The notes beneath the pieces are model-generated. The model saw only the letters and a list, made by a program, of their open reading frames with translations. It was not told the origin of the DNA and did not search any database. The position numbers and the translations under genes were made by a program. This document shows positions 28,729 through 37,057 of a stretch of DNA of 64,000 nt, one piece after another. Origin of the DNA: an uncultured virus (IMG/VR IMGVR_UViG_2847556114_000004) (lineage: Duplodnaviria > Heunggongvirae > Uroviricota > Caudoviricetes); IMG/VR virus record IMGVR_UViG_2847556114_000004. One strand, given 5' to 3'. The stretch's first letter is position 1; each line of letters begins with the position of its first letter.

Positions 28729-30903
28729 ATGGCCCGGTCCGTTAACGACCGTCTGCAGGACGAGACGATAGCGCACGGCCTATATGTGAATCGCTACGGT
28801 ACCGGCGTCGCCCGGCGGATGGTGGCTCTACTCAACAAGCTGGATGCTGACCTGGCCGCCAGACTGCTGGTGCTGCTGGACGGCAAGCGTGCTGATACCT
28901 ACAGCGCCCGTCGCCTGGCATCGCTGCTGGCTGGTGCGCGTGACCTCAACCAACAGGCATATGAACCGGTTAATTCCGCGCTGGCGCGCGAACTGACGCG
29001 TTACGTTGAGTATGAGGCGGGGTATCAACTGGACCTCTTCAGCAGCATTATTCCGAAGCAGATTCTCCAGCACGTTCCGCTCCAGAGTATCGCACCAGAG
29101 CAGGTTTACGCTGCGGCAGTGGCGCAGCCCTTCCAGGGGCGTTTGCTGAAAGAGTGGGGGCAGAAGCTTGAAGCTGACCGGCTGGACAAAATCACCAATG
29201 CTGTGCGCTCTGGTTTCCTCCAGGGCGAAACGGTAGAGCAGATTGTCCGGCGCGTAGCTGGTACGCCGCAGCGTAATCGTGAAGACGGGGTGATCAACAC
29301 ATCCCGGCGCGACCTGGCTGTAGTGACACGCACGGCAGTGAACCACATGGCCGCCACAGCGCGCCAGGACTTCGCCCAGGCCAACAGCGATATCGTGAAG
29401 GCCAAACAGTGGTCATCAACCCTCGATACCCATACCAGCCAGTGGTGCATTATCCGCGACCGCAAGCTCTACACGCTCGACGGCAAGCCGCTGGGGCATG
29501 TGGTTCCGTATCTGCGAGGGCCTGGAAAAATCCACTTTTGCGCGGTACCAAAAGGGACCATCATCACAACTGACAATGGCCCCAAAGCGGTGGAACATAT
29601 CGAACTTGGGGATAGGGCTTTAACCCATAAAGGGTGCTTTGAGCCGGTCATGCAGAAGGTCAGAAAGGCTGCTAATGGTCTCCCTGTCATTAAGATCCAG
29701 GATGATACCGGTAGGGTTCTTTTGATAACGCACGATCACCCGGTATTGACGCTTGAAGGGTGGAAATTTGCAGGAGCTCTCAAAGTTGGGGACAAACTTT
29801 TCCATCATGGAAAAGAGGTGGTGCCAGTAATCAACGGAAGTGGCCTTGTCACATCTCATGCGCAGGATTACCCAGCCAGACTCCGCCAAACTCTCATCGC
29901 GCTTCTGAGAACGACCGAGCTTGTGCCCGCCGACGTCGATTTCGATAGCCACGCCGAGGGATGGGATCGCAAAGTCGAGCAGATAGTGTTCGAAAAGGTG
30001 CTGGTGAACCCATCTATCATCATGGGAGAGAGCGAGAAGCATCATTTGCTCGCGATCGCTAATCTTCTCTCTGAATTGGGGTTGCAGCGTTTTGGCTATT
30101 TTCTCTCGGTATTCATGGCTAACGTGGCGGCTCTTCATTCGTTCGCTGACTCTCTCGAAATGACCATTGGCAAGATTGGTTGCCTTGATTCTTTCCACGA
30201 CATCTCTGTTTTGAGTGGGGTTGTTCGCGGTCATGCGAGCGGAGTGGGCGGCCATGACGTCGCTGTTTTCCTTTCTGAGCCCAAAGAAGTGGTGATCGGC
30301 TCCGCTGTGGTAGGTGGTAATTCCGCGGTCGATGCTGACACGCTGCTGCTCAGCTCTAGTACGCGTTCTGATGCCGTGCTTAATGGCTGCTCGGGAGACA
30401 ACACCATTGCCGAGCCCGTACAGCCTCTCGATTTCACGCAAAGAAAGGCCCTTGCCCCAATGCTCGAACTGGATGAGGAATGCGTAATCAATAACTTTTC
30501 TCATGGCACTATTGAATCCATTTTTGTTGTCGATAATAGGGATGAATTATACGACCTTTCTGTTGGTGAGGCTAATTCATACTTCGCTAACGGCTTGCTC
30601 GTATCAAACTGCCGTTCCGGCGAAATCCTCATTACGAAATCGTGGGAGGAACTGCAGATACCGCCTGACGAACTGAGCAACGCCACGCGCGCCTCGATGG
30701 ATGGGCAGGTGCCAGCGCATACCAGTTATGCCGATTGGCTTACCAGGCAGCCGTACGCACGTCAGGAGCAGGTGCTGGGCGTTACCCGCGCCATGATGCT
30801 GCGTGACGGCAAGATTACGGTACCGGAGATGTTTAACGATGCCGGGGAGTTCCTGACCCTGGACGAACTGCGCCGCGTGGATGCGTCGGCGTTTGAGGGA
30901 TAG
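28729..30903 (+). CDS. Minor head morphogenesis protein (MuF/SPP1 gp7-like) precursor with intein; 368 aa after splicing
   Basis: 'VTRTAVNH', 'WSSTLDTHTSQWC'; the H-F-C|C-R-S motif is split by a 356-aa insertion. Confidence 0.9.
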   Translation: MARSVNDRLQDETIAHGLYVNRYGTGVARRMVALLNKLDADLAARLLVLLDGKRADTYSARRLASLLAGARDLNQQAYEPVNSALARELTRYVEYEAGYQLDLFSSIIPKQILQHVPLQSIAPEQVYAAAVAQPFQGRLLKEWGQKLEADRLDKITNAVRSGFLQGETVEQIVRRVAGTPQRNREDGVINTSRRDLAVVTRTAVNHMAATARQDFAQANSDIVKAKQWSSTLDTHTSQWCIIRDRKLYTLDGKPLGHVVPYLRGPGKIHFCAVPKGTIITTDNGPKAVEHIELGDRALTHKGCFEPVMQKVRKAANGLPVIKIQDDTGRVLLITHDHPVLTLEGWKFAGALKVGDKLFHHGKEVVPVINGSGLVTSHAQDYPARLRQTLIALLRTTELVPADVDFDSHAEGWDRKVEQIVFEKVLVNPSIIMGESEKHHLLAIANLLSELGLQRFGYFLSVFMANVAALHSFADSLEMTIGKIGCLDSFHDISVLSGVVRGHASGVGGHDVAVFLSEPKEVVIGSAVVGGNSAVDADTLLLSSSTRSDAVLNGCSGDNTIAEPVQPLDFTQRKALAPMLELDEECVINNFSHGTIESIFVVDNRDELYDLSVGEANSYFANGLLVSNCRSGEILITKSWEELQIPPDELSNATRASMDGQVPAHTSYADWLTRQPYARQEQVLGVTRAMMLRDGKITVPEMFNDAGEFLTLDELRRVDASAFEG
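29542..30609 (+). mobile_element. Intein (residues 272-627), Ala1 ... Ser-Asn / Cys+1
   Basis: Block A AVPKGTII, block B LITHDHPVLT, block F LYDLSV..ANSYFA, block G NGLLVSN/C. Confidence 0.92.
29620..30504 (-). CDS. Putative homing endonuclease (HTH + NUMOD3-like + Vsr/DUF559-like nuclease), antisense within the intein
   Basis: 'GLSLREIERLYG' HTH; 'SGADHHFFG' and 'HVSHEYREKI' NUMOD3-like; 'Q...HYLLDFA....VAIEID..H.....RD..L...GW.ILR' DUF559-like. Confidence 0.82.
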   Translation of the reverse strand: MRKVIDYAFLIQFEHWGKGLSLREIERLYGLGNGVVSRAAIKHGIRTRTRAEQQRVSIDRGITTYHSGADHHFFGLRKENSDVMAAHSARMTANNPTQNRDVVERIKATNLANGHFERVSERMKSRHVSHEYREKIAKTLQPQFREKISDREQMMLLALSHDDRWVHQHLFEHYLLDFAIPSLGVAIEIDVGGHKLGRSQKRDESLAESGWVILRMRCDKATSVDYWHHLFSMMEKFVPNFESSCKFPPFKRQYRVIVRYQKNPTGIILDLNDRETISSLSDLLHDRLKAPFMG

Positions 30904-30906
30904 GGT

Positions 30907-31116
30907 ATGCGTAATGATGATTTTCACTGTGTGGGCGATGGCCGTGGCAGACGAAGGGTGTTTGTAAATGGCAATGAGGTAAAGAGCTGCGTTTGGGCGG
31001 ACGTTAAGCGAGGTGTTGCATGCATTCATCCACACCCGCTGCGGATCCATAAACGAAAGCGGAGTGAGGTTTACTCCCGCAAGCTACGCGGCGAAATTAC
31101 AATCGAATTTATCTAA
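30907..31116 (+). CDS. Hypothetical phage protein
   Basis: 69-aa basic ORF followed by terminator gctgcc-tccg-ggcagc-ttttt. Confidence 0.65.
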   Translation: MRNDDFHCVGDGRGRRRVFVNGNEVKSCVWADVKRGVACIHPHPLRIHKRKRSEVYSRKLRGEITIEFI

Positions 31117-31222
31117 CAGGCTGCCTCCGGGCAGCTTTTTTTATGCCTGCCGCTGAGCGGATGCGACGCGGTGCCCGGGTCGGATGACCCATTACGTATG
31201 GCCGGAAGGCTGGAGCAAAACA

Positions 31223-31975
31223 ATGAAACTGAAACTTGATGCTAACGGAAATGTGGTCGTTGAAAACGGTATGCCTGTGTACATCCATGATGATGGCAAA
31301 GAGATCCCGTTTGATGCGGTCGCAGCGATGACCAAAATCACCTCCCTGAATGGCGAGGCGAAAACGCACCGCGAAGCGAAGGAAGCGGCGGAAGCCAATC
31401 TCGCGAAATTCTCTGGCATCACCGACCCGGCCAAGGCGCTCGAAGCCCTGGAGATGATGACCAAAATCGACCAGAAAAAACTGATCGATGCTGGTGCCGT
31501 TGACCAGGTAAAGGCGGAGATCACCAAAGTTTTCCAACAGCAGCTGGACGAAGCAAACAGCAAGACCCAGCAGCTGGAAACTCAACTCTACGACGAGATG
31601 ATCGGCGGCCGCTTCGGTGGCTCTAAGTTCATTTCCGAGAAGATGGCGATCCCGACTGAGTTCGTGCGTTCCTACTTCGGTCAGAACTTCAAAATCGAAG
31701 AAGGGAAGGTTGTGGCCTACGACGGCCAGGGCAATAAGGTGTTCTCTCGCACCAAGCCCGGCGAGTTAGCCAGCTTTGATGAGGCCCTGGAGTCTCTGGT
31801 CGAGTCGCATCCGCAGAAAGATTACATCCTCAAAGCGTCCGGTAACAGCGGCGGCGGTTCTCACCAGTCGCAGCACCAGGCCGGGCAAAAAACCATGAAA
31901 CGCGGTGCGTTTGATTCCCTGGATAACGCTGGCAAGCAAGCAGCGCTGAAAGACGGCGTCAGCATCGTCGATTAA
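31223..31975 (+). CDS. Capsid scaffolding protein
   Basis: GGAG RBS, coiled coil, 'SGNSGGGS' linker; directly before the capsid gene. Confidence 0.75.
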   Translation: MKLKLDANGNVVVENGMPVYIHDDGKEIPFDAVAAMTKITSLNGEAKTHREAKEAAEANLAKFSGITDPAKALEALEMMTKIDQKKLIDAGAVDQVKAEITKVFQQQLDEANSKTQQLETQLYDEMIGGRFGGSKFISEKMAIPTEFVRSYFGQNFKIEEGKVVAYDGQGNKVFSRTKPGELASFDEALESLVESHPQKDYILKASGNSGGGSHQSQHQAGQKTMKRGAFDSLDNAGKQAALKDGVSIVD

Positions 31976-31992
31976 ATCGAAAGGAGCCATAA

Positions 31993-33132
31993 ATGGCAGG
32001 CAATACCCTTACTGGTCTGATCCCGACCATCTATACCGCGCTGGACGTAGTGTCCCGCGAGCAAACTGGTTTTATTCCTGCAGTGGCGCGTGACGCGAAA
32101 GCGGATGCTGCTGCAAAAGACCAGACCGTACGTGCGCCAGTCGCACCTGCAGCCACCACTGAAGATATTGTCCCTGGTCCTTCAGCGCCTAATTCTGGCG
32201 ACCAGACCATCGGTGGTGTGGATGTCAAAATCACCAAATCCAAAATGGCCCCGGTGAAATGGAATGGTGAAGAGCAATTGGCTCTGGGCCCGGCTGGTAC
32301 CTACAACACCATCCTGGCTGACCAGTTCAAGCAGGCTTTCCGCGCGCTGGCGAACGAAGTGGATGCAGACCTCGCTGCGCTGTACCTCAACTCCTCCCGC
32401 GCTGTTGGCGCGCCGAAGAACACCCCGTTCAGCATCAAAGACGATCTGACTGATGCTGCGTTGGCGCGTCAAATCCTGACCGATAACGGTGCGCCGACTA
32501 CCGATTTGCGTATGGTGCTGGGTGGCGAAGCGATGGCATCCATCCGTGGTAAACAGGCTGTCCTCTTCAAAGCGAACGAAGCGGGAACTGACCAGCTGCT
32601 GCGTGAAGGTGTTATCGGTCGCATCATGGGCTTCAACCTCCACGAATCCTTCAGCATCAAGCGTACCGCGAAAAGCGCTGCTGCTGGCTATAAGGTCAAT
32701 GGCGCGAAGAAAGAGGGCGATATCATCATCGCTATCTCTGCTGGCACCGGTGGTATTGCTGCAGGTACTGCGGTGAAGTTCGCCGGTGATGACAATCAGT
32801 ATCTGGTCGTTGCGGCTACCTCTTCCACTATCACTATTAGCGCGCCGGGCCTCCGTCAGGATCTGGCAGACCAAGCTGATGTCACCGTGTTGAGCGAATT
32901 CGTACCGAACATGGCGTTTGACCGTGGGGCATTCCTGCTGGCCAGCCGTACCCCGGCGATGCCTGAAGGTGGCGATACTGCTGATGACGTCATGAATGTG
33001 ACCGACCCGGTATCTGGCATCACCTTCCAGGTGGCGCTGTACCGCCAGTACCGTCAGGTGCGTTATGAAGTGGGTCTGGCATGGGGTGTGGCTGCTGTGG
33101 CGCCACGTCATTCCGCCATCATCATGGGTTAA
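31993..33132 (+). CDS. Major capsid protein (P22 coat-like)
   Basis: 379 aa, strong RBS, biased codons, 'LANEVDADL', 'YRQYRQVRYEVGLAWG'. Confidence 0.85.
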   Translation: MAGNTLTGLIPTIYTALDVVSREQTGFIPAVARDAKADAAAKDQTVRAPVAPAATTEDIVPGPSAPNSGDQTIGGVDVKITKSKMAPVKWNGEEQLALGPAGTYNTILADQFKQAFRALANEVDADLAALYLNSSRAVGAPKNTPFSIKDDLTDAALARQILTDNGAPTTDLRMVLGGEAMASIRGKQAVLFKANEAGTDQLLREGVIGRIMGFNLHESFSIKRTAKSAAAGYKVNGAKKEGDIIIAISAGTGGIAAGTAVKFAGDDNQYLVVAATSSTITISAPGLRQDLADQADVTVLSEFVPNMAFDRGAFLLASRTPAMPEGGDTADDVMNVTDPVSGITFQVALYRQYRQVRYEVGLAWGVAAVAPRHSAIIMG

Positions 33133-33171
33133 CCCAGGGGGCTTCGGCCCCTTTGTTTTTCAGGAGGCCCA

Positions 33172-33489
33172 ATGGCCGGATTAACCAAAGAGCAGCGCGC
33201 TCAGCGTGAGGCGGAAAAGCTTGCAGCTCAGCAGGCCGCTGATAAAAATCCTGCCCAGCAGGAACAGCAGCAGGAACAGCAGCAGGAACAGCAGCAGGAA
33301 CAGCAGCAGGAACAGCAGCAGGAACAGCAGCAGGAACAGCAGCAGGAACAGCAGCAGGAACAGCAGGGTATTGAGCTGGTGGTCATGGTACGTGACACCC
33401 CAGAATTCCCTGGCGGCCCGCTGCGCGCAGATGTTCATCCTGATGAAGTGGATAACTGGCTGGCGCTGGACTGGCGTCTGGAGGAATAA
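33172..33489 (+). CDS. Small head-associated protein with QQEQ repeat
   Basis: AGGAGG RBS; non-repetitive ends flank a repeat linker. Confidence 0.7.
   Translation: MAGLTKEQRAQREAEKLAAQQAADKNPAQQEQQQEQQQEQQQEQQQEQQQEQQQEQQQEQQQEQQGIELVVMVRDTPEFPGGPLRADVHPDEVDNWLALDWRLEE
33256..33366 (+). repeat. Perfect 12-bp tandem repeat (CAGCAGGAACAG)x9.25
   Basis: Counted directly: nine GAA codons at 12-nt period. Confidence 0.97.
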
Positions 33490-33491
33490 CC

Positions 33492-33974
33492 ATGCTGGTT
33501 GCCGATCCCAACTCTCCAGGCTTCAACAGCTACGCCAGCGTGTCAGACCTGCGGGCATTTGCCGCCGGGCGCGGATATAGCATTCCTGCAGATGATGGTG
33601 AGTGCGGTCAGATGCTGATGCAAGCAATGGACTTTCTGGAAGGGAAGGTCTGGCGAGGTCAGCGTTCCAGCGCATCACAGCCTCTATCCTGGCCGCGTTC
33701 CGGCGTGCGCTTCGATGGTGTTGACCTGTCGAATGATGCGATTCCACAGCGCCTGATTGATGCTCAATGTCGCCTGGCCATCGAATCGCAGGAGATTGAC
33801 CTCACCCCGTCGGTCGCTGGCGGTGGGGCGGTGACGATGGAGCGCGTCGAGGGCGCGGTAACAGTCCAGTATGAGCCGGGAACGAATAAAGCTTCTCCGT
33901 CATTCCCATGGTTCTATTCCGCACTTCGCGGGCTTGTAGTGGGCGGCAACCAGGTCCGGGTCGAAAGGGGGTAG
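33492..33974 (+). CDS. Head-tail adaptor (DnaT-like annotation family)
   Basis: 'NSYASV', 'QPLSWPR', 'IP..L..AQC.LA'. Confidence 0.7.
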   Translation: MLVADPNSPGFNSYASVSDLRAFAAGRGYSIPADDGECGQMLMQAMDFLEGKVWRGQRSSASQPLSWPRSGVRFDGVDLSNDAIPQRLIDAQCRLAIESQEIDLTPSVAGGGAVTMERVEGAVTVQYEPGTNKASPSFPWFYSALRGLVVGGNQVRVERG

Positions 33975-33975
33975 C

Positions 33976-34329
33976 ATGGCAATCGACTATCGGCGCATGC
34001 GCGTTACGGCAACGCGGCTCCTGAAGGATAACGGCAAATCCTACCAACTGACCCGAGGCGGTACCACCACCCGCGATCAGTACGGGAAAGAGATTACCAC
34101 CGAGCCTGTTATCGCGACCGTTACCGGCGTTATCACTGAATACTCAACTCGTGAAATCGACGGCTCTCTGATTGCTACAGGCGATAAGAAGCTGGCGGCC
34201 ACGTTTGAAACTGAGGTGCGCATCGGTGACATCATTGATATCGACGGCCAAAAGTGGCGCGTGGTACAGCCGAATCCGGTTAAGCCGGCAGACGTGTTGA
34301 TCTCCTATAACATCCAGCTAAGGACCTGA
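33976..34329 (+). CDS. Head closure/neck protein
   Basis: Position and 'IDGSLIATGDKK'. Confidence 0.65.
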   Translation: MAIDYRRMRVTATRLLKDNGKSYQLTRGGTTTRDQYGKEITTEPVIATVTGVITEYSTREIDGSLIATGDKKLAATFETEVRIGDIIDIDGQKWRVVQPNPVKPADVLISYNIQLRT

Positions 34330-34330
34330 T

Positions 34331-34930
34331 ATGACCAGTTCCGTAAATCAGCCGTTCCTGGCTGCTATTCAGCTGTTCGTTGATGGCTCAAAGCAGGAGA
34401 TTGACGAGGCGGTGCGCCTGACGGGTATCAAAATCCTGGGGAGATTGGTGGAGATGTCACCAGTCGGGCAGCCGGAGACCTGGCAAGTGAACCAAACGGC
34501 CTCTGCTTATAACACTGCAGTGCGTGAACACAATGCTGCCCTTCGCGATGATCCTGCCAACCTGACCAAATCGGGACGACTTAAGCGCGGTTTGCGTGTA
34601 AACGACTCGATGGACATCAAAAAGCCTGAGGGCTATGTCGGTGGTCGGTTCAAGAACAACTGGTATGTCGGGTTCGATAGCCAGCCAACAGAGACGAACG
34701 ATACCCCGGACGCTTCGGGGCAGGGGTCAAACTCCCGCGGTCTGGCGGTGCTTGAGGTGTTCAGAGTAGGGCAAGTGAGCACGATTTACTTCACTAATAA
34801 CCTGCCATATGCCCAGGCACTGGAGAACGGACATTCAAACCAGGCGCCCGGCGGTATGGTCGGGTTGACCGCATTGGATGCAGCCCAATACTTCCGCGAG
34901 GCAATGAACGAGGTGCGCAATGGCCGGTGA
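34331..34930 (+). CDS. Neck protein (HK97 gp10-like)
   Basis: 'SPVG', 'GGRFKNNW', 'NNLPYA..LENGHS.QAP.GMV'. Confidence 0.75.
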   Translation: MTSSVNQPFLAAIQLFVDGSKQEIDEAVRLTGIKILGRLVEMSPVGQPETWQVNQTASAYNTAVREHNAALRDDPANLTKSGRLKRGLRVNDSMDIKKPEGYVGGRFKNNWYVGFDSQPTETNDTPDASGQGSNSRGLAVLEVFRVGQVSTIYFTNNLPYAQALENGHSNQAPGGMVGLTALDAAQYFREAMNEVRNGR

Positions 34931-35369
34931 CCAGTCCATGCGAATTGCTGAATTGCTGGAGAGCCGGGTTGCGATTATCGCTGAGTCGCTCGGATTGCCG
35001 ATCGCCTGGCCTAACATCGCTTTTACCCCGCCTGATGATGCCCCTTATGGGCGCGTTTATGTCTTACCAGCGCAAACCGTGGGGCAGGACCTGGAAGGTC
35101 AGTTGCGTACATACCAGGGCATTCTCCAGCTCAATATCATTGCACCAGCAGGTAGCGGCGTGACTCTGGCCAGAGGGCTGACAAAGTCTGTCGCAGATGC
35201 TTTTCCTGAAGGGCTGCCGCTGGTGGATGGTGACCTGACCGTTTATATCAATGGCCCGCCGCAGGTGCGCCAACCTATACAGGATCGCCCCACATCATCA
35301 CCCAACGGCACTACCGGCTCTATCACCTACACCACCCCTGTCAGCATGCAGTACCGCGCTGATTACTGA
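34920..35369 (+). CDS. Tail terminator (DUF4128-like)
   Basis: 'IAWPN..F.PP', 'YQGILQ'. Confidence 0.7.
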   Translation: MAGDQSMRIAELLESRVAIIAESLGLPIAWPNIAFTPPDDAPYGRVYVLPAQTVGQDLEGQLRTYQGILQLNIIAPAGSGVTLARGLTKSVADAFPEGLPLVDGDLTVYINGPPQVRQPIQDRPTSSPNGTTGSITYTTPVSMQYRADY

Positions 35370-35415
35370 CCCGCCGCCCGGCGGGTTTTTTATTACCTAA
35401 ATTCAGGAGAGTGCT

Positions 35416-36348
35416 ATGACATTCGCAATCCCTAACGGCTCGCGTGTGAACGTGGCCAAGGCCTATCAGGCTCCCATCACCTTTACCGCTGCCTCTAACG
35501 CTACTGAATGCGAACTGACTGTTGCATCTGCCGCTGGCATCCTGGCGGGCGATGTAGTGCAGGTGAGCTCCGGCTGGCTAAAACTCGATAATATGGTGCT
35601 GCGCGTTAAATCCGTAGCCGGTACCAAAATCGTGCTGGATTCGTTCGATACCTCTGACACCACCAAATTCCCGGCAGGCACTGGCGCGGGCACGTTGCGT
35701 AAAATCGACACGTGGATCACGATGCCGCAGGTGATGACCCTTTCCACTGAGGGTGGTGACCAGCAGACCATCAGCGTGCAGTTCCTGGAAGACGATAAGG
35801 CCCGTACCATCCCGACCTTCAAAAACGCCGTGGTGCAGGTCTACACCTTCGCGCACGATCCGCTGCTGGCAATTTACAAGCGTCTGAGTGAACTTGACGA
35901 ATCCAGCGACACCACTGCTGTGTGGTTCCATAACCCGCGCGGCAAAGCGGACCGTTATTACTCTGCCAAAGTGTCTTTCCAGAAGGTGCCTAAGACCGAA
36001 ATCAACGCCGTGGAGAGCAACGAAGCGCGTATGAACTTCGAATCGGATATGCAGATTTACCCGATCGCCGATTCATCCGTTACGCCGCTGGCGTTCCTGA
36101 CTGACCTGCCGGCAACCAAATCGGTCTCTACTGGCTCGGCGCTGGACCTGGCTGTGGTTATGCAAGGCGGCTCGGCTCCTTACACCTACGTGTGGAAGAA
36201 AGAAAGCTCCGCCATTCCTGGCAAAACCGCCTCGACGTTCAACATTCCATCTGTGGCATCCGGAGATGCTGGCTCTTACACCTGCGAAGTCACTGACGCG
36301 GCGGGCAAAACTATCACCTCTGCTGCTTGCGCCGTCACGGTCAGCTAA
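35416..36348 (+). CDS. Major tail tube protein with C-terminal Ig-like domain
   Basis: 'PNGS', 'GDVV.V.SGW', Ig motifs 'YTYVWKK' and 'DAGSYTCEVTD'. Confidence 0.85.
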   Translation: MTFAIPNGSRVNVAKAYQAPITFTAASNATECELTVASAAGILAGDVVQVSSGWLKLDNMVLRVKSVAGTKIVLDSFDTSDTTKFPAGTGAGTLRKIDTWITMPQVMTLSTEGGDQQTISVQFLEDDKARTIPTFKNAVVQVYTFAHDPLLAIYKRLSELDESSDTTAVWFHNPRGKADRYYSAKVSFQKVPKTEINAVESNEARMNFESDMQIYPIADSSVTPLAFLTDLPATKSVSTGSALDLAVVMQGGSAPYTYVWKKESSAIPGKTASTFNIPSVASGDAGSYTCEVTDAAGKTITSAACAVTVS

Positions 36349-36413
36349 CCACTTGAGCCCGGTACGCCGGGCTTTCTTCGCTACTAAAACCAAAGTCTTT
36401 CTAAGGAACCGAA

Positions 36414-36752
36414 ATGACCAAATTTTCCCTGATCCCCAACCCAACTTTTTCTGTGACCGCGAGCATTCCGCGCGCCGGCGCCGAAGACGGCAAGCTGACG
36501 TTCACATTCCGCCATAAGACGCTGGAAGAGCTGCGCTCCATGGACGAGAAGCTGCAAAAGGCCGCCGAAGGTAAAAAGGATGCTATCGAGCCGCAGGCCG
36601 ACTACCTCATGGAAATTGTCGAGGGGTGGGCGCTTCCCGATGAGTTCAACCGCGAAAACGTTATTGTCCTTCTGCGGAACTATCCACGCGCGTTCGACAG
36701 CATCGGGCTGGCATACACCAAAGAGCTGATGGGTATCCGCGAAAAAAACTGA
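36414..36752 (+). CDS. Tail assembly chaperone (gpG-like)
   Basis: 'PNPTF', 'IVEGW', ends REKN on a slippery site. Confidence 0.85.
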   Translation: MTKFSLIPNPTFSVTASIPRAGAEDGKLTFTFRHKTLEELRSMDEKLQKAAEGKKDAIEPQADYLMEIVEGWALPDEFNRENVIVLLRNYPRAFDSIGLAYTKELMGIREKN

Positions 36753-37057
36753 GGCAGGTCGCCGCAGCATTGTATACGCCGGGACCGACGCTCGCGGAGC
36801 TGAGCGCTTTTGGTTTGACGCCTGAGGACGTGGAGGAAGAGGTGGGGATCCTGCCCTCGGTGTGGAGGTCCTTCACCATCTTCTCTTCCCTGGCGACCCA
36901 ATGGCGCGTCGGCGCGAGTGGGGCGACCGGCCTTGATTACAACGTTCTCCCCTGGGTGTTTGAGTTACATGGGGTTGAGGATGCGGCGGCCTGCATGGCT
37001 GACCTTCAAATTATGGAAAGCGAGGCTCTCAAAGTAATGCACAAGGAGACGAAATAA
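36743..37057 (+). CDS. gpT-like -1 frameshift extension (DUF1799-like)
   Basis: A AAA AAC heptamer 36743..36749; -1 frame open LRQVAAALYTPG...TQWRVG...GLDY. Confidence 0.8.
   Translation, partial: KKLRQVAAALYTPGPTLAELSAFGLTPEDVEEEVGILPSVWRSFTIFSSLATQWRVGASGATGLDYNVLPWVFELHGVEDAAACMADLQIMESEALKVMHKETK

Noticed and set aside
29542..30609. Class 3 intein or in-frame LAGLIDADG/HNH endonuclease
   Set aside because: No block B Trp, block F Cys or block G Thr; no such nuclease motifs in the sense insert.
32182..33111. 309-aa antisense ORF over the capsid gene (also 3923..4624, 6239..6892, 25272..25907, 27336..27986)
   Set aside because: Antisense shadows of codon-biased genes with no recognisable motifs. 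This differs from 29620..30504, where the antisense strand has the motifs and the sense strand does not.
33256..33366. CRISPR array
   Set aside because: Contiguous 12-bp units without spacers, in a coding frame, and no cas genes.
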